Below are positions 1-6,754 of a stretch of 32,000 nucleotides of DNA, in pieces; within the stretch, counting starts at the first letter, position 1, and each line of letters starts with the position of its first letter. Below the pieces are notes generated by a model. That model worked only from the letters and a program-made list of their open reading frames with translations, searched no databases and was not told the DNA's origin. A program made the translations under genes and the position numbers. Source of the stretch: Halomicrobium mukohataei DSM 12286 (GTDB lineage: Archaea; Halobacteriota; Halobacteria; Halobacteriales; Haloarculaceae); NCBI RefSeq assembly GCF_000023965.1, contig NC_013202.1:690001-722000 (forward strand). Direction: 5' to 3'.

Positions 1-2
1 AC

Positions 3-242
3 GACGCCGCCGACGCCGTCGTCTTCGACGCCCCCTACGGCCGCCAGTCGAAGATCGAAGGCGAACTGGACGCCGTCGTTTCGGGTGCGCTGGCGGAGGC
101 CCGCCGGATCGCTCCGCGGGCGGTGGTCGTCGCCGACCGGTCGTGGGAAGCAGCCGCCGAGGAAGCCGGCTGGACGGTCGAGGACCGCTTCGAACGGCGG
201 GTGCATCGCTCGCTCGTGCGCCACGTCCACGTGCTTGAGTAA
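3..242 (+). CDS. 3' end of a SAM-dependent methyltransferase (Trm11/THUMP-type tRNA guanine-N2 methyltransferase-like); the 5' end lies outside the window
   Basis: Frame 3 is open from the window edge to TAA at 240-242. It reads DAADAVVFDAPYGRQSKIEG...RRVHRSLVRHVHVLE. The D-A-P-Y-G stretch matches the (D/N)PPY-type motif IV of amino-group methyltransferases. Codons are GC3-rich. It is absent from the ORF track because there is no start inside the window. Confidence 0.7.
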   Translation, partial: DAADAVVFDAPYGRQSKIEGELDAVVSGALAEARRIAPRAVVVADRSWEAAAEEAGWTVEDRFERRVHRSLVRHVHVLE

Positions 243-247
243 GCGAG

Positions 248-274
248 CAGCCCGACGATACGATCGGGCTGTTT
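248..274 (+). terminator. Hairpin plus T-tract downstream of the methyltransferase gene
   Basis: cagcccga (248-255) pairs with tcgggctg (264-271). This is an 8-bp stem with an 8-nt loop, followed directly by TTT (272-274), 6 nt after the stop codon. Confidence 0.35.
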
Positions 275-350
275 GGGCCAACCGTCAACAGCGAGTCCCG
301 CTTTCGGAACGTCCCCGCCAGCGCGAGCACCAATTTGTGGAACCGTCCGC

Positions 351-692
351 TCAGTCACCTTGGAAGAGATTTACTAGAGTGGTCCCAGCCCACCACAGAG
401 AAACGAGAGCGACCAGACCGCCAAACCAAGCAGGGATGTCGGTGCTGATGAACATAACGGCTCCTCCGGCGATCCCGATGGCGAAGATCCCCAGCTGAAC
501 GTACCGTATGTCGTTATTCGTGGTATCGACCGTCGCGAAGGCCAGGAAAACGAGCGTGACGACTACAGGGCCGATAACTGACGTGAAAACATCTCCCGTT
601 GTCAGATACAGAACGATCGCGACTGCCGGGATAATCATCACTTCCTTCAGTTCTACTCGCTGAACGAGTCTTCCGATAGCAGATTTTACCAT
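351..692 (-). CDS. Small integral membrane protein, about 4 predicted TM helices, unknown function
   Basis: The track ORF 351..707 starts at a GTG. An in-frame ATG at 692 gives MVKSAIGRLVQRVELKEV... with four hydrophobic stretches (IIPAVAIVLYL, VIGPVVVTLVFLAFA, LGIFAIGIAGGAVMFI, FGGLVALVSLWWAG). A TATA-like box lies 21-28 nt upstream of the ATG. GC content is clearly lower than in the flanking genes. Confidence 0.55.
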   Translation of the reverse strand: MVKSAIGRLVQRVELKEVMIIPAVAIVLYLTTGDVFTSVIGPVVVTLVFLAFATVDTTNNDIRYVQLGIFAIGIAGGAVMFISTDIPAWFGGLVALVSLWWAGTTLVNLFQGD

Positions 693-712
693 ATCGATCG
701 TTCTCACCCAAC

Positions 713-720
713 ATAAATAT
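713..720 (-). promoter_or_regulatory. TATA-like box for the 4-TM protein gene
   Basis: The plus strand reads ataaatat, so the minus strand reads ATATTTAT. It lies 21-28 nt upstream of the ATG at 692, a spacing typical of leaderless haloarchaeal transcripts. Confidence 0.35.
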
Positions 721-817
721 CATTTTCGGGATAAATGCTATCTGTCATTTATTACTGATTCTCTTTTTTGTCCGGGGTATGAAAAATAATCCGGTCAGTG
801 GTCGATAATGCTACCTG

Positions 818-1822
818 TCAGCAGCCGAACGCAGCTTCGCAAATAATTACTGGCGCCGCTGCACAGAGGGCCGCTCCTTGGACAGTGGTCACGTAGCGAC
901 AGAATACGCCACAGGCTGCTGCCAGTACTGGATAGGTCGACGTGAGCGGTAGACACCGAGTCGCACAACCGTAGAACCCAAGCTGGCCAACGCCAGCGCA
1001 GATCGCGGGAATGACCGCCTTGCAAGTTGTACAGCCAATTTCTCCGTGGATGCTCTGTGGGCTGACATGGTTGTGATCTCGGTAGCTCTCAACCACCTCG
1101 GGCGTGACGCTGGCTGGGAGGTCCGTACTCTGAGCACTTATTGTATCGACTGACGGAGCCTCGGGCAGTTGTCCGGTTCGTTGACTCTGGACGATTCCGT
1201 TACCCTCTTGATGGCTGAAAAACTCATATGCAACTCGGCTCTCCGAGTCGTCGTCGGGTCGCCCACTTTTGGATGAACGGCTGACACTCGTTGGATCATC
1301 GTGAAGGGTGACCGCACTGGCAGAGACTGGGACTCGACCGGTTCCGTCGCTGGACTGGACTGAGAGGCCCGAGTCGATCTCGGTGTCCGGTTCGTCAACC
1401 ACCCCAGCGAAGAGAACACCGAGATCCTTCGGAGTGGTATTCTCCCATGAGGCGTCGGGTTCCTTCAGGAGTGAGACAGCTAGTGACGGATTAAGTGAGT
1501 TCATCCTTTTGTGCTGGCTCTCAATTTCGATCGACAGGGGGAGCACGTCTTCCACTGTCCGTCCCGTCTTTTCACTCACCGTCTGGCGGAGTTCGCTAAG
1601 CGCGTCAGAGTTCTTGATGACGGAGAGATCGTCGTGAGCCGCCGAACGAAGCTTAAATTTGGAGCCTGCGAATTCCTCACTAGCCTTGCCGGGCCCAGAT
1701 GAGCCTCGGTCCGCTGTGGCGATACCGACACCACCGAACAGACTAGCACCGGCTGCAACTCCCCGAAGCATTTTCCGCCGATTCATGTCACTGCTAGCAC
1801 CGATTTCATTGTCAAACGGCAT
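818..1822 (-). CDS. Halocin C8-like precursor: Tat signal peptide, long pro-region, C-terminal hydrophobic 10-cysteine peptide
   Basis: ATG at 1822, with an alternative ATG at 1786. The N-terminus MNRRKMLRGVAAGASLFGGVGIATA has a twin-arginine motif followed by a hydrophobic region. The last about 71 residues (GCTTCKAVIPAICAGVGQLGFYGCATRCLPLTSTYPVLAAACGVFCRYVTTVQGAALCAAAPVIICEAAFGC) contain exactly 10 Cys in a Gly/Ala/Val-rich hydrophobic sequence that ends in Cys. This matches the architecture published for the halocin C8 preproprotein. Confidence 0.6.
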   Translation of the reverse strand: MPFDNEIGASSDMNRRKMLRGVAAGASLFGGVGIATADRGSSGPGKASEEFAGSKFKLRSAAHDDLSVIKNSDALSELRQTVSEKTGRTVEDVLPLSIEIESQHKRMNSLNPSLAVSLLKEPDASWENTTPKDLGVLFAGVVDEPDTEIDSGLSVQSSDGTGRVPVSASAVTLHDDPTSVSRSSKSGRPDDDSESRVAYEFFSHQEGNGIVQSQRTGQLPEAPSVDTISAQSTDLPASVTPEVVESYRDHNHVSPQSIHGEIGCTTCKAVIPAICAGVGQLGFYGCATRCLPLTSTYPVLAAACGVFCRYVTTVQGAALCAAAPVIICEAAFGC

Positions 1823-1845
1823 GCGTTCATATGTTATACACCCGC

Positions 1846-1855
1846 TATTTAAAAA
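1846..1855 (-). promoter_or_regulatory. TATA box for the halocin-like gene
   Basis: The plus strand reads tatttaaaaa, so the minus strand reads TTTTTAAATA. It lies 24-33 nt upstream of the ATG at 1822, inside a very AT-rich intergenic region. Confidence 0.45.
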
Positions 1856-2060
1856 TGTTGGTTCAAAATATTAAGTATAATTAATAATCTCTATCTGCTA
1901 TTTATCATTATCTTATTCTGTACAGAATATATTTATACAAGTGCGTACGTGTTGGCCAAAAATTTCGTTGCAATGTCTGTTACTTGTCGTTCCTCTCCTG
2001 CTGCTTGTTTGTAGTTCGTCAACTCCCGGTTCAAACGGCGCAGGTGCGTCCGTCAAATCT

Positions 2061-2069
2061 TTGAATATT
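2061..2069 (+). promoter_or_regulatory. TATA-like box for the small zinc-finger ORF
   Basis: ttgaatatt lies 23-31 nt upstream of the ATG at 2092. Confidence 0.3.
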
Positions 2070-2091
2070 CGCGCGCTAGAGACCACCACAC

Positions 2092-2241
2092 ATGCCACTC
2101 TGGTCGACACCACACGACGACGGCGACCACGTCTACGAGTGTCGCCGCTGTGATCGGCGCGTCCACACGGAACACGCACCGCAGGAGTGTGAGGGGTGTG
2201 GCGGGGCGATGCGGGCCGTCCACGCGGCGAACGCGGAGTAG
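2092..2241 (+). CDS. Small (49 aa) zinc-ribbon protein, CxxC-x12-CxxC
   Basis: It is not in the ORF track because it is too short. ATG 2092 to TAG 2239-2241 translates to MPLWSTPHDDGDHVYECRRCDRRVHTEHAPQECEGCGGAMRAVHAANAE. It is acidic with mostly GC3 codons and has a TATA-like box at the leaderless distance. It converges on the neighbouring gene without overlap. Confidence 0.45.
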   Translation: MPLWSTPHDDGDHVYECRRCDRRVHTEHAPQECEGCGGAMRAVHAANAE

Positions 2242-2250
2242 CGACGACGG

Positions 2251-2787
2251 TCAGGACAGCGCCGCCAGCAGCTCGTCGGCGGGCCCGTCCATCCGTCCGA
2301 TGAGGTCCCGGCAGCGCTCGCGGGCGGCCGCGTCGGCGGTCACCAGCACCATCCCCTCGTCGGGCTGGCCGTAGACGACGCTCGCGCCTTCTGGAACGGC
2401 GAGCACCGCCGGCAGCGCCGCCAGATCCTCCTCGCCGTCGACCCGGATCAGCGTCGTCCCGTCCTCGCCGAGCCCCCGGCTGAGCGCGCCGATCAGGGGG
2501 CCGGTGATCGTCCCAGCCGGGTTGTCGACGGTCCAGCAGTGGTCGAACCCGCCGACGGCGTCTCGAACCTCCGGATCGACCGCGGCGCGCTTGGTGCGAT
2601 CGTCGACGAGCGCGACGGCGGGCGTGTAGCCGGCCTCCAGCAGGTGGTAGGTGACGATGTCGCCGACGGCGACGACCGGCTCCGTGGCGTCGGCGAGCAG
2701 CGCGTCGGCGTCGGTGTAGATCGGGCCCAGCGGCTCTTTGAGTTCGTGGCGCAACGACGACGGGAGGTCGAGGCGGAGCGAAGACAC
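2251..2787 (-). CDS. DUF359-family protein (archaeal GTP-dependent dephospho-CoA kinase family)
   Basis: The sequence is VSSLRLDLPSSLRHELKEPLGPIY...VGDIVTYHL...VDDRTKR...IRVDGEEDLAALPAV. The gene sits immediately downstream of spt4, the conserved archaeal context for this family. The GTG start at 2787 is 1 nt after the spt4 stop. Confidence 0.8.
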   Translation of the reverse strand: MSSLRLDLPSSLRHELKEPLGPIYTDADALLADATEPVVAVGDIVTYHLLEAGYTPAVALVDDRTKRAAVDPEVRDAVGGFDHCWTVDNPAGTITGPLIGALSRGLGEDGTTLIRVDGEEDLAALPAVLAVPEGASVVYGQPDEGMVLVTADAAARERCRDLIGRMDGPADELLAALS

Positions 2788-2788
2788 G

Positions 2789-2986
2789 TTAGCGGACTTT
2801 CAGTGCGTACTGGCCGGACTCGGTCACTTCCATCTCCTCGGCGATCTCGGAGGTCTCGGGGTGGGCGATGACGACGTAGCCGGCCCAGTCTTCCGTCAGC
2901 GAGGTCGAGCCACAGATCTCGCAGGACTCTTCGGCTTCGGAGGGCTGGACGCGGTGACAGTCACGACAGACGAGGCGATCAGCCAT
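2789..2986 (-). CDS. spt4: Transcription elongation factor Spt4 (RpoE'')
   Basis: The 65-aa product is MADRLVCRDCHRVQPSEAEESCEICGSTSLTEDWAGYVVIAHPETSEIAEEMEV. It has a zinc ribbon with two CxxC motifs and the W-G-Y/V-I motif. It lies directly downstream of rpoE' with an ATGA overlap at 2986. Confidence 0.9.
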   Translation of the reverse strand: MADRLVCRDCHRVQPSEAEESCEICGSTSLTEDWAGYVVIAHPETSEIAEEMEVTESGQYALKVR

Positions 2987-3564
2987 CAGCTATCACCGGC
3001 TTCCGCCTCGGCGGCGCGTTTCTCCCGTTCCTCCTGAAGCCAGCCGTGCTTGCCCAGTCCGACCTGCTTGGCCGTGAGGCCGATCTTGGAGTCGCGGGGG
3101 TTGCGCTCGTCGATGCTCTTGGTGACGATGCGTGCGCGGACGGCGTCGCCGGTCCCCAGGGTCCGGTTGGACTCGCGGGAGGCGAGTGCCTGTCCCTCCT
3201 CGTCGTAGGCCAGATACTCATCAGAGATCTGGGAGACGTGGAGCAGGCCGTCGACCGGCCCGATGCCGACGAAGGCACCGAAGTTGACCACTTCGACGAC
3301 CTCGCCGTCGACGACTTCCTGCATCTGTGGGTCGAAGGTGAGCGCGTCGAACTCTGCCTCGTAGTAGACACCGGGCTTGTTCGGGAGCACTGCCCCTTCA
3401 CCGATGTCCTTGACGTCGATGACGGAGACGATAGAACCCACGTCTTCGTCCATTCGTCCTTCGAGCTTGTCCTGCAGGAGCTTCTTGACCAGATCCGGAG
3501 ACACGTCTGCGAGGTGCCGCGGGGGCACTTCGACCGTGTCGCGGAGTCGAACCCGTTTGTACAT
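2986..3564 (-). CDS. rpoE: DNA-directed RNA polymerase subunit E' (Rpo7)
   Basis: The sequence is MYKRVRLRDTVEVPPRHL...GSIVSVIDVKDIGEGAVLPNKPGVYYEAEFDALTFDP...VVNFGAFVGIGPVDGLLHVSQISDEY. This is an Rpo7 N-domain followed by an S1 fold. Confidence 0.93.
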   Translation of the reverse strand: MYKRVRLRDTVEVPPRHLADVSPDLVKKLLQDKLEGRMDEDVGSIVSVIDVKDIGEGAVLPNKPGVYYEAEFDALTFDPQMQEVVDGEVVEVVNFGAFVGIGPVDGLLHVSQISDEYLAYDEEGQALASRESNRTLGTGDAVRARIVTKSIDERNPRDSKIGLTAKQVGLGKHGWLQEEREKRAAEAEAGDS

Positions 3565-3565
3565 G

Positions 3566-3943
3566 TTATGGTTGAGTAATGGCGAGTTTGTTCCGGCCCC
3601 TTAAACTAATTACTGGAACGCCACGGTCCAGCAACCGTCGTTTGAGGGGTGCGTCGTTCGTCACGGCGTGTGTCACGTCGTCGTCGCCGGCCAGTTCGAC
3701 CACCGCGTCGTCCGCGTAGTCGGCCGCCGCCTCCCGGACCGAACAGCGGTCCGCGAGATCCCGGCCCACGCTGGCCGCGGTCGCTTCCGCCCCCGCGCCC
3801 GCCGAGAGTTTGTCGAGTTCGGCGAGGACGGACCGAGGGACGAGACAGTCGGTCTCGTCGAATCCGAGGCGATCGAGTTCCGCGAACAGACGGACGTTGC
3901 ATTCGACCGGCATCATGAGTGCGTTCGTGTCTAGGAGGATCAT
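3566..3943 (-). CDS. PIN-domain protein (Fcf1/VapC-like nuclease fold)
   Basis: The internal ATG at 3943 gives [14 protein letters not shown]...[23 protein letters not shown]. This ATG overlaps the aIF2-gamma stop as ATGA. The track ORF extends further upstream into aIF2-gamma, which is implausible. Confidence 0.8.
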   Translation of the reverse strand: MILLDTNALMMPVECNVRLFAELDRLGFDETDCLVPRSVLAELDKLSAGAGAEATAASVGRDLADRCSVREAAADYADDAVVELAGDDDVTHAVTNDAPLKRRLLDRGVPVISLRGRNKLAITQP

Positions 3944-5172
3944 TCCCGGAGCGTGCCGACGCCGATGAGCCGCCATCGAGCACCGACACGTCGGTTGATC
4001 GCGATCTTCGCGCCGGCCTCGGCACAGACCGGCCGCTTGAGTGCGACTTCGCACTCGCCGCCGCGAGCGCTCGTGACCGAGCCGACCGTCGTCGCGGTCC
4101 CGATCGTCAACATGAGCGGTTCGCCGGTCGAGATCGCTTCGACCTCGCCGCCGTCCTCGCCGACGATGCGTTCGAGCAGGTCGACGTCCATCTCGAAGCG
4201 CTCGTGGGTCGGCGGGAGCGTGCCGGGCGGTCCGGCCACGCGGCCGGCCAGCGCGTCACCTTTGGTGATCGACGGATCGAGTCCGGTACCGACGCCCAGC
4301 AGCCCGCCGGGGGTGGCGGCGTCGACAGACTCGCCGCCGGCCTGGAGCGATCGCACGTCGGTCGTCACCGGCTGCCACTCGCTCTGGCCGCCCTCCTCGA
4401 CCTCGCGGCCGGGGCGGAGTTCGATCTCGTCGTCGGCTTCGAGCTGGCCGCCGACCAGCGAGCCACCGAGGACGCCGCCCTTGAGGTTCTCCCAGGTCGT
4501 TCCCGGACGGTTGATGTCGAAGCTCCGTGCGACGAGCATCCGCGCGTCGGCGTCGGGGTCGCGCTCCGGCGTCGGAATCTCGCGTTCGATCGCGTCGATG
4601 AGCAGGTCGAGGTTCACCTCCTGGCCCGCGCTGATCGGGACGATCGGTGCGTCTTCGGCGACGGTGCCGGAGACGAACTCTTTGATCTGCTCGTAGTTGT
4701 CCTGGGCGCGCTCGCGGTCGACCAGGTCGACCTTGTTCTGAGCGATGACGATGTTGTCGATGCCGATGATGTCCAGTGCCATCAGGTGCTCTTCGGTCTG
4801 TGCCTGTGGCACGTCCTCGGTCGCGGAGACGACGAGGACGGCACCGTCCATGATGGCAGCACCCGAAAGCATCGTCGCCATCAGCGTCTCGTGACCCGGC
4901 GCGTCGACGAAAGAGACCGTTCGCAACGGCTCCGTGTCGACGCCGTGTTCTTCACAGTGCTCGGCCGCGGTGAACGCATCGGGTTCGTCGGCATCGGGAC
5001 AGCGACGGAACGTGGCGTCCGCGTAGCCCAGACGGATAGAGATACCGCGCTTCATCTCCTCTGAGTGCTGGTCCGTCCATTCGCCTGAGAGAGCCTGGAC
5101 CAGCGTCGTCTTCCCGTGGTCGACGTGGCCGACGAGTCCGATGTTCACCTCCGGTTGGTTGTGCGATGTCAT
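3940..5172 (-). CDS. eif2g: Translation initiation factor aIF2 gamma subunit
   Basis: Starting from the ATG at 5172, the sequence is [30 protein letters not shown]...[17 protein letters not shown]...AQNKVDLV. It contains GTPase motifs G1-G4 and the zinc-knuckle region. Confidence 0.95.
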   Translation of the reverse strand: MTSHNQPEVNIGLVGHVDHGKTTLVQALSGEWTDQHSEEMKRGISIRLGYADATFRRCPDADEPDAFTAAEHCEEHGVDTEPLRTVSFVDAPGHETLMATMLSGAAIMDGAVLVVSATEDVPQAQTEEHLMALDIIGIDNIVIAQNKVDLVDRERAQDNYEQIKEFVSGTVAEDAPIVPISAGQEVNLDLLIDAIEREIPTPERDPDADARMLVARSFDINRPGTTWENLKGGVLGGSLVGGQLEADDEIELRPGREVEEGGQSEWQPVTTDVRSLQAGGESVDAATPGGLLGVGTGLDPSITKGDALAGRVAGPPGTLPPTHERFEMDVDLLERIVGEDGGEVEAISTGEPLMLTIGTATTVGSVTSARGGECEVALKRPVCAEAGAKIAINRRVGARWRLIGVGTLRE

Positions 5173-5282
5173 CTCGGGAGTAATCTTGGTAGAGGTTCGC
5201 CCCCTGCGAGTGATAAACCTACTGTTTCGGCCACACAGCGGTCGCGTGGGAGCACGACGCACGATTCGACCGGACGCGGCTG

Positions 5283-5696
5283 TCAGACGGAGTCGGCGGC
5301 CGTGCGCCGACGGATGTGTGTGGCCATCGCCGCGTACTGTTTGGTCGAGACCTGCTTGTGGACGTAGTCGACGTCCGCGTCGCGCGCCTCGATCATCAGT
5401 TCGGCGTCGCCGTCGCTCGTATAGAGGATTCGGACGGCGTCGGGGACCCGATCGCGGACGCGTTCGAGGAAGGTCAGCCCGTCCATCTGTGGCATGTGGT
5501 AGTCACTGACCACGCAGTCGAAAGGGTCGTCCAGCGCGTCGAGCCCCTGGCCGACGCTGGTCGCCGTCGCTACCTGGAGGTCGTCGCCGGTCCGTTCGAG
5601 ATAGGTCCCGACCAGCTCTGCCATCTGTGGCTCGTCGTCGACCACCAGTACGTCGATCGCTCTCGCGTTCCCACCGCCGTCACCCACGGATGCCAT
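5283..5696 (-). CDS. Stand-alone response-regulator receiver domain (CheY-like)
   Basis: Starting from the ATG at 5696, the sequence is [29 protein letters not shown]...[23 protein letters not shown]...ILYTS. The DD pair, the phospho-acceptor Asp and T/S are present. There is no output domain. Confidence 0.85.
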   Translation of the reverse strand: MASVGDGGGNARAIDVLVVDDEPQMAELVGTYLERTGDDLQVATATSVGQGLDALDDPFDCVVSDYHMPQMDGLTFLERVRDRVPDAVRILYTSDGDAELMIEARDADVDYVHKQVSTKQYAAMATHIRRRTAADSV

Positions 5697-5722
5697 CTCC
5701 CCCCAACTATTCCCCGCCACGG

Positions 5723-5730
5723 TATAAAAT
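5723..5730. promoter_or_regulatory. TATA box in a 37-bp divergent intergenic spacer
   Basis: TATAAAAT lies 27-34 nt upstream of the receiver-gene ATG (5696, minus strand). On the plus strand it lies only 4-11 nt before ATG 5734. The plus-strand gene may therefore start further downstream, at GTG 5746 or TTG 5764. Confidence 0.4.
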
Positions 5731-5733
5731 ACC

Positions 5734-6738
5734 ATGCTATTCGGAGTGGTCGCCGCGCCGTTTTTGACCGTCGCCGCCCTGGACGACGGTGTGCGCGAGT
5801 TTGCTTTCGAGGTCGGGCTCTGTCGAGCGATCGAGCGCGACGGGATCGTGGCCCGCCAGCTCGGGGCGAGCGTCCACGGCCGCCGCGTGCTCGACGTCGT
5901 CCAGATCGAGCCCGGTCCGGCGTTCGAAGAGCGCGCGGCGATCACGCCCGAACGCCTCCCGATCGCGGCCGTCGAGGCCGACGTGGGGCCGGGCCGGGCC
6001 CGCTACTGGAAAGACGCCTTCGACTGCCACCCGGAGCGGGCCGAGCGCGCCCTCGAACTGGCGAGCGAGCGCGGCTTCTTCGAGCGCGAGCGACGCAACG
6101 GTCGCACGTACGTCCGCCAGACGACGCGCTATCCCGACTGGTTCGACCGCCTCGTCGCCGTCGAGAACAAGCCCGACCTCGATCGGCCGGGCGATCTGGA
6201 GCGCCAGTTGCGAACCGACGTGTCGCTGGCGGCCGTCGACGCGGTCGTCCTCGCGACGGCCTCACACGTCACCCGCGCCCACCTCAACCGGCTGCCAGCG
6301 GAAGTCGGCGTCTGGCGGTTCGATCCCGAGACCGGCGACCGCGAGGTGCGCCGCGAGCCCGCCCAGCTCCCGGTCGACGAGCCCGGCGTCGAACTCGTCG
6401 CCCAGGAGCCCGGACGGACCGAGATCCGGATCGTCAGCGCCCAAGAGAAGGCGCGACTCCGCCGCCGCATCGCCGAGCGGGCCTACGGGAAGGGGTGGCG
6501 ATCCTACGACCTGCCGCCGTGTGAGCGCTGTTCGCCCGACGACGACGGCCTGCCCTACTGCGAGTGGAAGGAGCGACCGGTCCAGGCCAACAGCGAGTGC
6601 GACAGCGAGTGTGGCGGGTTCGAGCCCGCCGAGCCCCCCGAGGTCGACGCCGATCGGCTGCGGGCCGAGCGGACGCCCTGGGACCCCGATCCGGAAGGGA
6701 GAGCGCGCCGACAGTCGGGACTCGACCGGTTCTTGTGA
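5734..6738 (+). CDS. Conserved hypothetical protein with a C-terminal Cys cluster
   Basis: This is a 334-aa acidic ORF with GC3-rich codons. It contains ...RLVAVENKPDLDRPGDLERQLRTD... and a Cys-rich end, CERCSPDDDGLPYCEWKERPVQANSECDSECGG. I cannot name a family with confidence. The start is uncertain (see the TATA note). Confidence 0.7.
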   Translation: MLFGVVAAPFLTVAALDDGVREFAFEVGLCRAIERDGIVARQLGASVHGRRVLDVVQIEPGPAFEERAAITPERLPIAAVEADVGPGRARYWKDAFDCHPERAERALELASERGFFERERRNGRTYVRQTTRYPDWFDRLVAVENKPDLDRPGDLERQLRTDVSLAAVDAVVLATASHVTRAHLNRLPAEVGVWRFDPETGDREVRREPAQLPVDEPGVELVAQEPGRTEIRIVSAQEKARLRRRIAERAYGKGWRSYDLPPCERCSPDDDGLPYCEWKERPVQANSECDSECGGFEPAEPPEVDADRLRAERTPWDPDPEGRARRQSGLDRFL

Positions 6739-6754
6739 CGACGGAGGCGCGGAG

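Noticed and set aside
1941-2153. A 70-aa plus-strand ORF with a signal/lipobox-like N-terminus (LQCLLLVVPLLLLVCSSS) in the AT-rich spacer.
   Set aside because: It starts at a GTG inside promoter-like AT-rich DNA. Its C-terminal half is an Arg-rich out-of-frame reading of the better-supported 49-aa zinc-ribbon ORF. It lacks haloarchaeal acidic composition.
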